Shown: in pieces, positions 55,390 through 64,000 of the stretch
Layout of the letters: every line of letters starts with the position of its first letter
Position numbering within the stretch: position 1 is the first letter of the stretch
IMG/VR virus record: IMGVR_UViG_3300044722_000002
Coordinates: 9,123 to 73,122 of that record
DNA length: 64,000 nucleotides
Direction: 5' to 3' (one strand)
Source of the DNA: a virus
Position numbers and translations under genes: made by a program
The notes under the pieces: model-generated
Seen by the model: the letters and a program-made list of their open reading frames with translations, nothing else
Database searches by the model: none
Told to the model about the DNA's origin: nothing

Positions 55390-56817
55390 ATGGCGTTTAG
55401 AGACAGATTACGACGAATGCAACCGTTGGACGATCCTAACGGACAGATGCTCACGCCTGCGAATCGAGACGCAATCACGCGTCCGCGCACTGTGTCGTCT
55501 CCCGATCTACCGGCAGACATGCAGTCCGATCCGAACGCTACCAGGCAGCGCGCCGTCTCGTTTGATCCGCAAACAGGGCAGCCAAACGAAGATTTCTACC
55601 GTGACAAGAATGATCTTGGCGGCCTTTTCGACGCAGAGCAGAACTGGAAGCCCCATGGAGCCAAGCGTGGTTGGAAGAACTCAATTAAATCAGGGCTAAT
55701 GATGGCGTCACAGGCGATTCAGAGCAATCCCAACGATCCGGTAACAGCAGCGGCGGTAGGTTTCGGAGTGGGGGCGGCAGGAACTACGGCGGCCCCGAAC
55801 TTTAAGAATCGGCTTAAGCGTCAATGGAAACTGGGTCAAGTGGGGGGAGAGCTTCAGAACCAGTTAAAACTTCAGGGCGAACAGGCGAAAATCAGCGCGC
55901 TAAATCAAAAACCGGAAGTACAAAATGAGCGCGAAGTTAATAATGCTCTTACCCAGTATAATCGTTTGGAGCATTTCGATCCGGATGATCCGGCGGATGC
56001 GGGATTTGCGCAGTATTTTACACAGCGCGGTCTAAAGTTACCGAAAAAGGATAAGTACCACCGCCCTATTGCCTCATGGGCCAACGGCCAGTTGCTGCTT
56101 ACGGACTCGGAAGGAACGCACCACGCAACCGTCGAAGGCGAAGGCAACGTTTCGGACGCAGGGCGAACGCCAAACGAGCAGGGGTTAAACCCGAATCAGG
56201 CTGCCACGGTTGCCAACGTCGCAGAGAACCGCAGCGCGGCGAACACGCGGGCCGCTAATGTTCAGTCGGGACAGGATCGGCGCGCGGCACGGGCACAGGC
56301 AGGCTCAAACTATCGTGCCGGATTACGCGGAACGAGTGCAGCGCGAAAGGTTTCCGCGGGTGAGCGGAAGGATATCGCGGAAACAGCGGCAACTATCAAT
56401 GCCGTTCGACGGGACTTGTCTGCTGTTGACGATGAAATTAAAAATGCTCCCCCAACCGTAGTGGACACGGACCCGAAAAGCTCGACTTACAAGCAGACCA
56501 TCACTAACCCTCGGCTTACTGTGCTAGGGCGGAAACGTAAAGAGCTAGTCAGTCAGGGGGCGTTACATAGTGATAAACTAAATCGTCTTGATCCTGATAA
56601 TGAGTGGGGTTCCGGTACCGGAGGGTACCCTTACAGCAAACCACGTTCGGGAGCGAGTGACTTGGATCGCCCAAACTACGGAACGCCGCGCAGTGCGTCG
56701 TCAACGGTTGACCCACTCAAGGGTGTCAAGTGGTCTAAGTCACGTTATCGCGGCAGCAAGCCGATTGAGCAGGCAGCGAAGGAAGCGGCAGCGCGGGGAG
56801 CGATTGTGGTGAATTAG
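55390..56817 (+). CDS. Putative DNA ejection/internal virion protein
   Basis: Gly/Ala hydrophobic stretch plus coiled coil; position after the portal. Confidence 0.55.
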   Translation: MAFRDRLRRMQPLDDPNGQMLTPANRDAITRPRTVSSPDLPADMQSDPNATRQRAVSFDPQTGQPNEDFYRDKNDLGGLFDAEQNWKPHGAKRGWKNSIKSGLMMASQAIQSNPNDPVTAAAVGFGVGAAGTTAAPNFKNRLKRQWKLGQVGGELQNQLKLQGEQAKISALNQKPEVQNEREVNNALTQYNRLEHFDPDDPADAGFAQYFTQRGLKLPKKDKYHRPIASWANGQLLLTDSEGTHHATVEGEGNVSDAGRTPNEQGLNPNQAATVANVAENRSAANTRAANVQSGQDRRAARAQAGSNYRAGLRGTSAARKVSAGERKDIAETAATINAVRRDLSAVDDEIKNAPPTVVDTDPKSSTYKQTITNPRLTVLGRKRKELVSQGALHSDKLNRLDPDNEWGSGTGGYPYSKPRSGASDLDRPNYGTPRSASSTVDPLKGVKWSKSRYRGSKPIEQAAKEAAARGAIVVN

Positions 56818-56820
56818 CGA

Positions 56821-59800
56821 ATGCCTGACGACGATCTCCTTTCTGGGATAATAGAATTACCGTCTCCACGGCGATCAGCCGACCCGCGCACGAAAGTTCA
56901 TAGCATTGCCAGTCGCATAGGTCTTTCACCTGATCTTGCTGACGACTTTCTTAAAGTAACAGGTGGAATCGAAAGCGGTAATCAGCACTATGATCGCAGA
57001 GGTCGAGTTAAGCGATCTCCCGCCGGCGCGTTAGGTTTCTCTCAAGTTCTCCCCGCGACGGCGAAACAGTACGGTCTTGACCCTTACAACGAAGATCAAA
57101 ACATCGAAGCCGGGCTACGCTATTTCTCTGAAGGTGGGGACGATCCGGTTGCGCGACGAATAGGTTACCTCTCAGGTCACCACAGTCGTGCGGTCAAGAG
57201 CTATAAGGCCACTGGACGAATCCCGCGTGGTGGCGATCCTTACACTGGGGTTTCGTTTAATCAATACGTCTCAGCTTCACAAGGTGGACAGCCAGCAAAA
57301 CCGGCAATGCAGGTTAATGACGATCTGGCTACTGGCATCGTGAGCGACGACGGTGATGACCTTCTAAGCGGCATTGTTAACGAGTCCCGGTCTGTAACAT
57401 CTTCAGTTACAGTTCCGCAACGCACGTCCTCTCGTTTTGGCACACCACGAACGGCAGGGGTGAGACCGTACCGTCGCCAGTCTCCATTTGCGGGAGTGCG
57501 GAGCGGGGCGGGCGGTGAGACAGGAATATCTCTTGGGGATACCGCTGACTCGCCGTTAGCCGCCGTGTTCAATAAACCTCAACCTGATCTGCCTGTTAAT
57601 CCGCGTAAGATTACTGTTCGCCCAAGATCGTTTACCTTTGACAGCGCAAGCGATAATCAGGTTAAAGCTGAAATTCGCCGTCAGGTTGCTCAAGAGCAGT
57701 CTCAGTACACAATGCCGGGGCGTGCGCCTAATTTAGCCGGACGAGAGTTGGACGCTGAGGTCGAAGCGCGATTCAAAGCGCATAAAGAAGGGCGGTCAGT
57801 GGACACTCAAAACGCGCGACTCGGCCCTTCGGTTAGCGGAGTGCCTGCCAGTAGATTTCAGCGCGCGCGCGAAGTGGTCGAGCCTTACGCCCCCGGGTTA
57901 GCGAACCTGGATACGCCAATGGGTATTCACACGGACGTACTGCGCGGGGCAGCCTCGCTTGGTCTGGCAAACCTTAGACGTGAGATTACGCCGGAAGAGT
58001 CCGTGATTGACCCTGAGGCGCAGGCAAAGGCAGACTTGGCCTACGGGCTTGGCTCCACGGTTCCCTCCGTCTTACCGTACATAGGCGCAGGGAAGTTGGC
58101 CGCCGCGTTCCCCGCCGCAACCAGAGCCGGAGCGGCGGCCCGTACTGGTGCAACGTTTGGAGGGGTGGCGACGGCGAGAGAAGGAGTTCACGCGGCGCAG
58201 ACGGGAGAAGCTCCGAGTCTTTCGAATATAGCGATTGAAACAGCAATTGGGACAGCAATGGGTGGGATCGCTGGTATTGATCCAAGTTTGAAGCGGCAGA
58301 TAGTCGCGTTTGTAACTCCGGGAGTCGTTGCAGGCGTAGCGCGTGGTGAACCACTTAGCGAGATCGCACAGAGCGCGGTAACTAATTTATTGTTTGGGTT
58401 ACACGCAGGTTCGGAACAGAAGTTAACAGCAAAACGCATTGGCGAGATCAGGAATCAATTAGGTGGATCGCGAGTCTCAGAAGTTAGGGGCGCGTTTAAC
58501 GACATTCAGCGAGGAGAGCAAGATGCGAGGCAAACAGAGAGTATTCCAACCGCAAATGAGCGAAGCGGAAATCCAGTTAATGCGACTCCATCTGAGATTC
58601 TACCTGCAAGAACAAACGAATCTCCACAAAGATACCAGCATCTCCAATTCGGAGAAATTGAGGTCTTGCCCGACCAGTCCGGTGCACGACCTGGTAAAAT
58701 CAGAGTTGCCGAAGTAGCCGATCCAACGAAGCAGCATTTTGTCCGTAAGTCAGACATGCAAGGCAGAGGAAAGTCTGCTGATCCGCGCACTGAAAACCCC
58801 AGCATAGTTAATGACGTCTCCGAAAAACCCCAACAAAACGTACTAGCTCCCGACTCTCTGCCGCGCACCCCTGGCACAGTAAAAACCAACCCTGCCGTAC
58901 CCCCCGCTACTGCCGCGCCTACAGTGTTCCCGTCAACTTCAGTAGAGGCGGCAAAGTCTGTCGCCTCCCAACCTCAGTCGTCTGTTGGGCTTTCTGTAGG
59001 AGAAGGAGAGAAACCGTCATACCCAGAAAACGCGAAGGACAGGTCGGTTGAGGACTCTTATTGGAAGTTGAACGACCTGTTCATGGATGAGCGAACATCG
59101 GGACGTGAAGATACTCCGACGGGCCAGCGGGCTCTTTCGTTGTTGGAAACAATGGAAGTCGCCCACACGTCTCCGTCAAGCAGGCGGAGTGGTATCTCGA
59201 TAGAGTTTCAGGACAAGTGGCAAAAAGCAGCAGAGACAGCCATACGGCAGCTAGAATCAAAATCTCCGCCGACTTCCCCTAAAGGAGAAGTGGAGCCTTC
59301 TGTAGTCGAGCGTCCACCTGTAGGGGCGGATGGGTATCCTGTCAGCGTCGCTGATCGTTCCGTTCATGATACTTACGGAAAACTGAACGACTTGTTCATG
59401 AGGGAGCGGAAAGGCGATAGAGAGGACACGCCCGCTGCGCAGGAAGCCTTATCGCTGCTAGAAGCAATAGAAAACACAGCATCAAGTTTATCGTCTCGTA
59501 GGCGGGGGATAACTGCCGATTTCCAAGTCGCGTGGCAGCGCGACGCAGAGGCGGTGATACGAGAGCTAGAAAAGCCTGGACAGTCAGCCGTTCTACCTAT
59601 TGAGTCTCAACAACTTGACCGTCCCGCTATCGCGGGAAAAGAAACGCCTGAACTGATAAACGCCGTACCGAACGGCACGCAAATGCTTCTGAAGTTTACG
59701 CGCAAGGAAGGGCCGGTTGCGGATGCTGATCTGAAGGCCCTGTTCCCTGAATACCACGTAACCATTGAACGGAAGTACAACGCGCTCACGCCCGAACATC

Positions 59801-62800
59801 AAGGCGTTACTCTTACGTTCTGGAACAAAGAGGGAACGCGACAGGTTAAAGCTCCCGCAGACGCCGTGCAGCGATTTGGGCTAGCGAAAACGTTTTACGC
59901 GGGGCAGGAGCCAGAGGTAGTTGCGCGACCATCTGCTTTGCCTGTTGAGAGTGCGGCGCGAAGCGCGGACGCTAAAGAACCGTGGCAGATGAGCCGCGAC
60001 GAATGGTTGCGCTCTCAGGTTACAGATCAGGGTCTACGCTCGCGCAAAAAGCAGGTTGGTAATCTGACACTTAAAGAATGGAAGACACGCGAGCATGAGA
60101 GCCGTGTGCGTCAGGCAGTTCGCGAAGGCAAACCCGTACCGCCGGAAGTGCTAGCTGACTACCCTGATTTACAGGAAAACGCGTTTGGTAATAAGCCTGA
60201 GTCCACTTCAGATCAGAAGGTTCAGAAGGCGAAGGGTAGAGGGCTTGGCGACCGCTCCGACTACGACCGACTTTACCCTCCTGGCAGCACTGAACGAGCA
60301 GCCTACGAAGCTGAAGCTAAAAGAGTTCTTGATGAAAGAATGAGCAAGAAGGGAGATTCCAATGCCCTTGTAGATAAAACAGAGGCGAAAACAACTAAAA
60401 CTGTCTCAAGCAAAGGTGAGGGCGGTGAGACTCCGCCTGAGCCTTCCTTTGTCACCGCAGCACGAGAGCGCAAGGCTAAACGTGAAGCAGAGAAATCTGC
60501 CGGGATAAAACAAATGCGCACGGGCGCAGACCCTTACGAACTTGCCGATAATATCATTATTCGTGGCCATGAGCTTTATTCTCAGCACGTAAAGCCGACT
60601 TTTCAGGAATGGTCGCGGAAGTTACGAGAAGAGTTCGGCCCGAGCGCAAATGAACACCTGCGACCTGTCTGGAAACAGTTATCAGGAAACGAGAATCGCG
60701 GCACGCCTGTAAAGACAGCATCCATTGAAGCGGAGCGTGCGGAAGCGGGACTTGATCCGATTGAGAAACAGCAGTATCGAAATATCGGAGAAGCTTTTAC
60801 CTCGGGTAAAGAAGCCGTTGAAAGTAAGCGCATTGATCCTCGTCTAGTTGCGGCAGAAGTCAGTGGTACTCCCCGCTCGCTTACCGACGAAGAAACAGGG
60901 GCGCTTGGTTACGACCGCGCACGTCTCCGTAACGACTACGATGCAAAGATCGCTGAACTTAATAAGGCTATAGATGCTGGTGATTCTCAGGGCGTCTCTG
61001 CCAGTCGTGCGCAATTGGAGGAAATCGAAAGACTGGCCGACGTGAATGATGCCGCGCTGGAAAAGGGTGGACGTGAACAGTCAATAGCATTTAACGCGCG
61101 TAAGATGCTGGTCGGAAAAGACTACTCGCTATTGGGATCGCTACAACGAGCAAAGGCAGCGCGAGGCGAAGAACTTCCCGCTAATGTTCGCGGACGTATT
61201 GAGACCCTAACCAAGCAACTCACGGAAGCGGAAAAAACAATCGAGAACTACAAGTCCGCTAAAGAGACGGGGAAGTCGGCAAGAGAGATTAAGAAGCTAA
61301 TCTCCGACACTGAGCGCGAGTCTCGCCGCCAAGGTCGAGCGACTTCTCGACAGGCCTTAGACAGTGAGTTCGCCCAACTCTCCCAGCAGTTTCGCGCCAA
61401 GATGAGCGGCGTCCAGCCGGCGGCGATTGACCCGTCACTCATTCCTATCATCGCTAAGATGGCTCGGAACCGTGTTCAGGCAGGATTTAATACGGTGGAT
61501 GGGCTGGTAGACGAATTACACTCCCACTTGAAGGACGTGGTTGACGACAAGAGATCAATTCGCGACGCGTTTTCAGGTCACGGTCAAGAGCCAAAACAGC
61601 GCACTAAGGATGAACTCACAGCGGAGTTAGGCCGACTGAAACGCGAGGCCCGTCAACTTTCAAAAGCAGAAGATCGTGATCCCGTAACTGAGGCGGCAAA
61701 AAAAGAAGCGTCAAAACAGAAGGCAGTTAAGACGCGGCTGACAAAACAGATTTCCGAGTTGGAAGGTCGGATTGCGTCGGGAGACTACAGTAAAACACCG
61801 CGACCCAAACTGGAATACGATCAGGATGCCGAACGTCTATTGGCCCACCGTGATTTATTAAAAGACCGCATCGAGCGTGAAATTGCCAAGCAGAAAAAAC
61901 CGCTTTGGGAGGACTACCTTTCATGGTGGCAGCAGGGTACGATCCTTTCCGGTACCCGAACACTGGCAAAGCTTGGCTCCTATGCTCTAGGGAAAAACGC
62001 CATTATTCCGATTGAAGATGTCTTAAGTGGCGGGATGAGTCACGTTCCCGGGCTTCGCGGGCTCTCGGACGCGTCACCTCGTTATGGTGGAGGCGTGAGA
62101 GAAAACATCGCCGCACAGGGAGCGGCGTTTAGGGAATTTGTTCATAAGGCAATGTACGAGGACGCGTGGACAAGTCTGAAAGAAGGGACAAACGCGCTTA
62201 AGCTAAAGCACGGTGATAGCAGGTATCAATACAGCCCAAGACTGTTAACTTTCATTCGTGGGTTGCATATGGCTGAAAAGGTTTTTGCCAGTCGTCCTGA
62301 GTACTATCGTTCGATTGAAAAAGAAACCCAATGGGCGGTAAGGAACGGTCTCGATCCCGCTGATCCCAAAGTACAATCTCAGATTCTTGCTCGTTCGTAC
62401 ATGAACGGACTACGCGCCCAGTTAATGCAGCCGAACATTCCCTCGAAAATGCTTTCGACTACGAATCAATGGTTAGAGAGTGTCGGGCGTACCGGAAAGA
62501 TCGGGCAAGTGCAGGAGCCGGGAATCGCAGTTGCAGCCCGGGGCATGAGGGCGGGTATTCGCACGCTTTTCCCGATTACTCGCGTTCCTTTTAATTATGT
62601 TAATGAGGCTCTTAGTTATAACCCTGTAGGGGGAGCGTTAAAAGGCGGCGGAAGAATAGGTGCGGAAGCGATCAAGACCCTTCGTTCTAAAGGTTTTGGA
62701 AAGGGAATAGTCGAGCTAGCCCAACAGGGCATGAGAAACATGCCACCAGAGGCGGCGGACGCCACTAAACGGGCACTTGTCAAAGGCTCTCTCGGAGTCC

Positions 62801-63744
62801 CGTTTGCTCTGATTGGCTGGTTTAACTATCAGAATATCGGAGGGTACTATCAACCGGGGCAAAGGAAGGAAGGCGATGTACCCTTTGGTGGACTAAGAAT
62901 TGGAGGTATCGAGATACCGCGAACGTTAGTTCATAATCCACTGTTTGAGACCATGCATTTCTTTGCGACCATGAGGCGAGTGTATGAAGGTGAAAAGGGT
63001 GGCAGCTATGCCAGTGCAGCAGAGCAGGCCGGGAAAGGGCTGATCGAAGAGACCCCATTCGTAGATGTGCCTCGCAGAATCGGAAAGGCGACCGAGGGAA
63101 GGTCAGGGCTTAGAAACATGGCCGGTGAGATAGCTCGCAGCGCGGTGGTTCCACCTGACCTTCAGCGAATTGCCTCAATGTCCGACTCGTCCGAGCCAAC
63201 AACCAAGACCCAAAAGGCACTTCAGCTTACGGGACTGAAGGATATTAAGACTGTCAAGCGTTCGCCTCAGGGGTTCTCTGAAACGTTTTCAATGGGTGTA
63301 CCTGGTTTGCGACAGCGAGTTCCGATCAACGAAAAGTCGATGAAGGCCCAGCGTAAAGCAACGCTCACGGATCAGTTTCGAGATGGAAAGATCGCAGACG
63401 GAGACTTGGACGAACTAGTCAGCCGAGATCAGATTACCGAAGCGGATAAAAAGGCTATCGTGGCAAGTGGTACTCTCCCGCCTTCTCAGGCAGCGTTTAA
63501 TAACATTCAGTATCCCTCGACGGCCTTGGATCGGTTTGAGCGCATGTCTCCGTCTCAACGAGCAGACGTTGAAAGTTTAATGTCCCGCAAGGCGTGGAGT
63601 TTGCTACACTCGGACAGTCTTACTTCTGCTCAGAAGGAAGCGTTTCAGAAGCGAATAGACGCGTTGGGGATAACCCCAACTCCGCCGGGCAGACAATCTA
63701 ATTCCAGTTTCAAGGATGCGTTTAAGAACCGGTTCAAAGGTTAA
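56821..63744 (+). CDS. Giant internal virion / polyvalent protein with N-terminal lytic transglycosylase
   Basis: IESG...SPAGALGFSQVLPATA..YG.DP...QNIEAGLRY (SLT); EPWQM...GKPVPPEVLADYPDL motif; coiled coils. Confidence 0.8.
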   Translation: MPDDDLLSGIIELPSPRRSADPRTKVHSIASRIGLSPDLADDFLKVTGGIESGNQHYDRRGRVKRSPAGALGFSQVLPATAKQYGLDPYNEDQNIEAGLRYFSEGGDDPVARRIGYLSGHHSRAVKSYKATGRIPRGGDPYTGVSFNQYVSASQGGQPAKPAMQVNDDLATGIVSDDGDDLLSGIVNESRSVTSSVTVPQRTSSRFGTPRTAGVRPYRRQSPFAGVRSGAGGETGISLGDTADSPLAAVFNKPQPDLPVNPRKITVRPRSFTFDSASDNQVKAEIRRQVAQEQSQYTMPGRAPNLAGRELDAEVEARFKAHKEGRSVDTQNARLGPSVSGVPASRFQRAREVVEPYAPGLANLDTPMGIHTDVLRGAASLGLANLRREITPEESVIDPEAQAKADLAYGLGSTVPSVLPYIGAGKLAAAFPAATRAGAAARTGATFGGVATAREGVHAAQTGEAPSLSNIAIETAIGTAMGGIAGIDPSLKRQIVAFVTPGVVAGVARGEPLSEIAQSAVTNLLFGLHAGSEQKLTAKRIGEIRNQLGGSRVSEVRGAFNDIQRGEQDARQTESIPTANERSGNPVNATPSEILPARTNESPQRYQHLQFGEIEVLPDQSGARPGKIRVAEVADPTKQHFVRKSDMQGRGKSADPRTENPSIVNDVSEKPQQNVLAPDSLPRTPGTVKTNPAVPPATAAPTVFPSTSVEAAKSVASQPQSSVGLSVGEGEKPSYPENAKDRSVEDSYWKLNDLFMDERTSGREDTPTGQRALSLLETMEVAHTSPSSRRSGISIEFQDKWQKAAETAIRQLESKSPPTSPKGEVEPSVVERPPVGADGYPVSVADRSVHDTYGKLNDLFMRERKGDREDTPAAQEALSLLEAIENTASSLSSRRRGITADFQVAWQRDAEAVIRELEKPGQSAVLPIESQQLDRPAIAGKETPELINAVPNGTQMLLKFTRKEGPVADADLKALFPEYHVTIERKYNALTPEHQGVTLTFWNKEGTRQVKAPADAVQRFGLAKTFYAGQEPEVVARPSALPVESAARSADAKEPWQMSRDEWLRSQVTDQGLRSRKKQVGNLTLKEWKTREHESRVRQAVREGKPVPPEVLADYPDLQENAFGNKPESTSDQKVQKAKGRGLGDRSDYDRLYPPGSTERAAYEAEAKRVLDERMSKKGDSNALVDKTEAKTTKTVSSKGEGGETPPEPSFVTAARERKAKREAEKSAGIKQMRTGADPYELADNIIIRGHELYSQHVKPTFQEWSRKLREEFGPSANEHLRPVWKQLSGNENRGTPVKTASIEAERAEAGLDPIEKQQYRNIGEAFTSGKEAVESKRIDPRLVAAEVSGTPRSLTDEETGALGYDRARLRNDYDAKIAELNKAIDAGDSQGVSASRAQLEEIERLADVNDAALEKGGREQSIAFNARKMLVGKDYSLLGSLQRAKAARGEELPANVRGRIETLTKQLTEAEKTIENYKSAKETGKSAREIKKLISDTERESRRQGRATSRQALDSEFAQLSQQFRAKMSGVQPAAIDPSLIPIIAKMARNRVQAGFNTVDGLVDELHSHLKDVVDDKRSIRDAFSGHGQEPKQRTKDELTAELGRLKREARQLSKAEDRDPVTEAAKKEASKQKAVKTRLTKQISELEGRIASGDYSKTPRPKLEYDQDAERLLAHRDLLKDRIEREIAKQKKPLWEDYLSWWQQGTILSGTRTLAKLGSYALGKNAIIPIEDVLSGGMSHVPGLRGLSDASPRYGGGVRENIAAQGAAFREFVHKAMYEDAWTSLKEGTNALKLKHGDSRYQYSPRLLTFIRGLHMAEKVFASRPEYYRSIEKETQWAVRNGLDPADPKVQSQILARSYMNGLRAQLMQPNIPSKMLSTTNQWLESVGRTGKIGQVQEPGIAVAARGMRAGIRTLFPITRVPFNYVNEALSYNPVGGALKGGGRIGAEAIKTLRSKGFGKGIVELAQQGMRNMPPEAADATKRALVKGSLGVPFALIGWFNYQNIGGYYQPGQRKEGDVPFGGLRIGGIEIPRTLVHNPLFETMHFFATMRRVYEGEKGGSYASAAEQAGKGLIEETPFVDVPRRIGKATEGRSGLRNMAGEIARSAVVPPDLQRIASMSDSSEPTTKTQKALQLTGLKDIKTVKRSPQGFSETFSMGVPGLRQRVPINEKSMKAQRKATLTDQFRDGKIADGDLDELVSRDQITEADKKAIVASGTLPPSQAAFNNIQYPSTALDRFERMSPSQRADVESLMSRKAWSLLHSDSLTSAQKEAFQKRIDALGITPTPPGRQSNSSFKDAFKNRFKG

Positions 63745-63771
63745 TTTGCCAGTCAATTCTAAAGGAGATTT

Positions 63772-64000
63772 ATGCCATACGATCCGACTTCTCGTTTATA
63801 TCGCCCTGATTTTCAGACCAACCAAAACCTGCCCCAATGGACGCCTATGGGCGAACAGGACGATCAGTCAGGACAGAATGCTGGCTCATTCACCGCTTTT
63901 TTGAAGAAGAAAATGGGCGGTACAAGTAAGGGTGCGGGAATGGCCGGAACTGAAGGTAAAGGACTAGTCGGGGCCGAAGGTGGCGGGGGAATGGAGTCGC
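63772..64000 (+). CDS. Hypothetical protein, 3'-truncated by the window
   Basis: RBS AAGGAG; MPYDPTSRLY... open to the window end. Confidence 0.55.
   Translation, partial: MPYDPTSRLYRPDFQTNQNLPQWTPMGEQDDQSGQNAGSFTAFLKKKMGGTSKGAGMAGTEGKGLVGAEGGGGMES

Overview
The whole window is part of a tailed dsDNA bacteriophage genome, probably podovirus-like (P22-type portal, large ejection proteins, no tape measure seen). No integrase, CRISPR array, reverse transcriptase or host genes are visible. Layout: tail spike and fibre genes (+, 1-3570); a long minus-strand early/middle region (3571-37500) with many small mosaic ORFs, an RNA ligase, two DNA methyltransferases, DUF5131, an RNase AS-like exonuclease, NinG, a lambda-O-like initiator with iterons, SSB and a Cas4-like nuclease, interrupted by a short plus-strand island (12088-14037); then a plus-strand late region with TerS, a non-coding block, scaffold, major capsid, an antisense HNH endonuclease, TerL, portal and a 2307-aa transglycosylase-bearing protein. 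Most notable: (1) the second TerL intein has no in-frame endonuclease but contains a complete HNH/zinc-finger gene with its own RBS in another reading frame; (2) two long structured non-coding regions (18.5-18.9 kb, 40.0-40.5 kb) share colinear motifs; (3) a cassette of a secreted 6-Cys peptide, a degenerate tRNA-like RNA and an RNA ligase; (4) many promoters that would give leaderless mRNAs. All calls come from reading motifs by eye; no searches were run.
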